Shown one piece after another: positions 61,575-64,000 of a stretch of 64,000 bases of DNA. Where the stretch lies: NCBI GenBank assembly GCA_050253415.1, contig JBFWJC010000001.1, forward strand, positions 1,576,679 through 1,640,678, read 5' to 3'. The position numbers were made by a program, and so were the translations under genes. A model generated the notes under the pieces. The model saw only the letters and a list, made by a program, of their open reading frames with translations, searched no databases and was not told the origin of the DNA. The first letter of the stretch is position 1, and each line of letters starts with the position of its first letter. This DNA comes from Pedobacter sp. (GTDB lineage Bacteria; Desulfobacterota; Desulfuromonadia; Desulfuromonadales; Syntrophotaleaceae).

Positions 61575-61739
61575 CAATCCCGGTCAGGTAGGCAGACTGC
61601 CTCTGGAGGGTGAAAGTCTTGCATAATCCGGCCGGATATGGTAAGCGCTGGTGCGCATATAACGATCACAGTGCCGGCCCTGATTGCCGGTTTCTTTTTT
61701 GTCACCTTCGTTCATGTTAAAGCCAATAATGGAAGACTA

Positions 61740-63212
61740 ATGGATCGAACAAAAATAGAAAATTTCCTGGGCCGATTGAGCGGCATCCGGGCGCTGGTTA
61801 TCGGCGACTTGATGTTGGATGAATATCTGTGGGGGCGTACAGAACGGATTTCCCCCGAGGCCCCGGTACAGGTAGTCGATATCCTGCGTGAGGACCTGCG
61901 CCTTGGCGGCGCCGGCAACGTCATCAATAATCTGGTAACGCTCGGTTGTCAGGTTCATGTTGCCAGCGTACTGGGTGAAGGGCACGACGGCCTTTTGTTA
62001 CGCCGCCGGTTGGAAGAAAAGCATGTCGGTATTGAAGGGTTGCAGTTCGATGGCATGCGAACCACCAGCCGTAAAACCCGCATTCTGGCTTCCGGTCAGC
62101 AGATGATGCGATTTGACCGAGAGAGTCGTACTCCTATCGATGCGCGGCAGGAGGCCGCCCTTGCCGATTTTGTGCGCAATAACGCCGACCGTTTCGATGT
62201 CATCCTGGTTTCCGATTATCTCAAGGGTGTGCTCACCGATGGCCTTCTGCAGGCGGTGATCGCCGTCGGCAAACAAAAGGGTATCCCGGTGGTGATCGAT
62301 CCCAAGGGTAACGATTATGGCAAATACCGTGGCGCCACTCTGTTGACTCCCAATCGCAAGGAAACCGAGGTTGCTTCCGGGGTCGCGATTGTCGATGAGC
62401 AAAGTCTGCGCTTGGCAGCTCGTACCCTCATGCAGCGCATCGACCTTGAAACGTTGATGGTAACCCGCAGCGAGGAAGGCATTTCGATTTTCTTCCGCAA
62501 CGGTGAGGAAGTCCATCTACCTACCCAGGCGCGCGAAGTGTATGATGTCACCGGCGCTGGTGATACGGTTTTGTCACTGGTCGGGCTCGGCCTGGCCGGA
62601 GCTTTGCCGGTCAGCGATGCCGCCGCTTTAGCTAATATAGGCGCAGGGATCGTTGTCGGCAAGGTTGGCACCTCGACGGTTAGCGTTGAGGAAATCCGCG
62701 AAGCCCTGGCTCATCATGCTATGGAGTACGATTCCAAAATCAGGCTGCGCGAACCGTTGCGTGCTATTCTGGAAGACGAACGGCGGCGTGGCAAAACCAT
62801 CGTATTCACCAACGGTTGTTTTGACTTGTTACATGTCGGTCACGTCAAGTACCTTCAAAAGGCCCGTCGTCTTGGCGATATCCTGGTTTTGGGTCTTAAT
62901 TCCGATGCCTCCATACGACGCCTCAAGGGGGCTAACCGCCCGCTCATCGGCGAAGAGGAACGGGCGCATATCCTGGCGGCTCTCAGCTGTATTGATTACG
63001 TGGTGGTGTTCGACGAGGATACTCCCCTGGAGTTGATTGCCATGCTGCGCCCGGACATCCTGGTAAAGGGGGGCGATTATACGCCGGAAACCGTGGTGGG
63101 TAAGGATATCGTAGAGAGTTACGGTGGCCGTGTGGCCCTTGTCGACTTGGTTGATGGGCGTTCTACGAGCAACATAATAGAGCGGATTCTGGATCGTTAT
63201 GAACAAGGGTGA
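61740..63212 (+). CDS. hldE: Bifunctional heptose-7-phosphate kinase / heptose-1-phosphate adenylyltransferase
   Basis: RISPEAPV, SDY.KG, DVTGAGDT; FTNGCFDLLH.GH, GLNSD, LVKGGDY. Confidence 0.97.
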   Translation: MDRTKIENFLGRLSGIRALVIGDLMLDEYLWGRTERISPEAPVQVVDILREDLRLGGAGNVINNLVTLGCQVHVASVLGEGHDGLLLRRRLEEKHVGIEGLQFDGMRTTSRKTRILASGQQMMRFDRESRTPIDARQEAALADFVRNNADRFDVILVSDYLKGVLTDGLLQAVIAVGKQKGIPVVIDPKGNDYGKYRGATLLTPNRKETEVASGVAIVDEQSLRLAARTLMQRIDLETLMVTRSEEGISIFFRNGEEVHLPTQAREVYDVTGAGDTVLSLVGLGLAGALPVSDAAALANIGAGIVVGKVGTSTVSVEEIREALAHHAMEYDSKIRLREPLRAILEDERRRGKTIVFTNGCFDLLHVGHVKYLQKARRLGDILVLGLNSDASIRRLKGANRPLIGEEERAHILAALSCIDYVVVFDEDTPLELIAMLRPDILVKGGDYTPETVVGKDIVESYGGRVALVDLVDGRSTSNIIERILDRYEQG

Positions 63213-63801
63213 GTCGATAAGCGCCCTTCGCAAAGCGGTGTTTCTGGATCGCGACGGTACGATCAACGAAGAAAGGAACTATCTGCATCGGATAGAGGAT
63301 TTTGCCTTTATTCCCGGTGTGCCTCTGGCTATACGGCGTCTTAATCAGGCCGGATTCCTGGTGATCGTTGTGACGAATCAATCAGGTGTGGCGCGCGGAT
63401 ATTTTGAACTGGCCGATGTGGAGCGTCTGCATGAGCACGTCGCTTGTCGCCTGGCATCCGAGCAGGCACATGTGGACGGTTTTTTTATTTGCCCTCATCA
63501 CCCGGAGGCCGGCATTGGCCACTTACGCAGACAGTGCGATTGTCGTAAAGGGGCACCGGGGCTGCTGTTGCAGGCTGCCGAACAGTTGCACGTCGACTTG
63601 AGCCAGTCATTTATGGTCGGCGACAAGAATGCCGATATGGAAGCCGGACGGAGAGCTGGTTGCACTCCTCTGCTGGTGATGACCGGTTACGGTTCTGAGA
63701 CAGCGCGTAGTATTGATCCCGCCATCGGGCGTTTTGCCAGCCTGGTGGAGGCGGTAGATTTCATTTTGCGGCAGGACGGTAACGAAAAAGTTACTGCCTG
63801 A
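63199..63801 (+). CDS. gmhB: D-glycero-manno-heptose-1,7-bisphosphate phosphatase
   Basis: FLDRDGTIN, VTNQSG, CPHHP, CDCRK, MVGD. Confidence 0.95.
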   Translation: MNKGESISALRKAVFLDRDGTINEERNYLHRIEDFAFIPGVPLAIRRLNQAGFLVIVVTNQSGVARGYFELADVERLHEHVACRLASEQAHVDGFFICPHHPEAGIGHLRRQCDCRKGAPGLLLQAAEQLHVDLSQSFMVGDKNADMEAGRRAGCTPLLVMTGYGSETARSIDPAIGRFASLVEAVDFILRQDGNEKVTA

Positions 63802-63826
63802 TCCGAAGATAAAGAAAGGGCTGTTC

Positions 63827-64000
63827 ATGATCAAAAGCATGACAGGATACGGCAAGGGGCAGACCTCCGCAGGTGAAATTTGTCTGACGGTGGAAATTAA
63901 GTCGGTAAATCACCGTTATTGCGATATTTCCGTAAAAGCACCACGTTTTCTGCTCGGTTTCGAGGCAGAAATCAAAAAGCGCGTGGGGGAGCGTCTCAAG
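63827..64000 (+). CDS. yicC: YicC/YloC-family endoribonuclease, 3' end outside the window
   Basis: Manual translation MIKSMTGYGKG...VEIKSVNHRY; not in the supplied ORF track. Confidence 0.9.
   Translation, partial: MIKSMTGYGKGQTSAGEICLTVEIKSVNHRYCDISVKAPRFLLGFEAEIKKRVGERLK

Overview
A 64 kb chromosomal window from an anaerobic Gram-negative bacterium. Gene order and content suggest Desulfuromonadales (Syntrophotalea/Pelobacter/Geobacter-like); this is inference. Layout: (1) 1-8.8 kb holds a truncated GGDEF cyclase, glycerate kinase, tgt, ftsH, a frameshifted AT-rich GNAT gene and eno. (2) 9.1-16 kb is the phoH / 7TM-HD phosphohydrolase / ybeY / dgkA-PAP2 / corC / lnt operon. (3) 16.2-28.8 kb is a metabolic block: Leu/Phe/Val-type amino-acid dehydrogenase, a 2-oxoacid:ferredoxin oxidoreductase, two AMP-forming acyl-CoA synthetases, an XRE-cupin regulator, an orphan trpB, an EamA transporter and a CoA-acylating aldehyde dehydrogenase. 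(4) prfB (with the classic +1 programmed frameshift) and lysS. (5) 32.4-64 kb is a large envelope cluster: lolC/E, lolD, bamA, skp, lpxD, fabZ, lpxA, gnnA/gnnB-like genes, lpxB, msbA, waaA, lpxK, heptosyltransferases, two LPS kinases, gmhA, an ArnC-like/LAB_N/ArnT-like trio, GT4 enzymes, a sulfotransferase, a deoxyhypusine-synthase-like protein, hldE, gmhB and the start of yicC. No rRNA, tRNA, CRISPR array, transposase or phage gene was recognised. Best leads: a putative carboxylic acid-to-amino acid salvage operon, diamino-sugar lipid A, possible LPS sulfation, a DHS-fold protein beside the heptose genes, and a terminator-like hairpin in the tgt leader.
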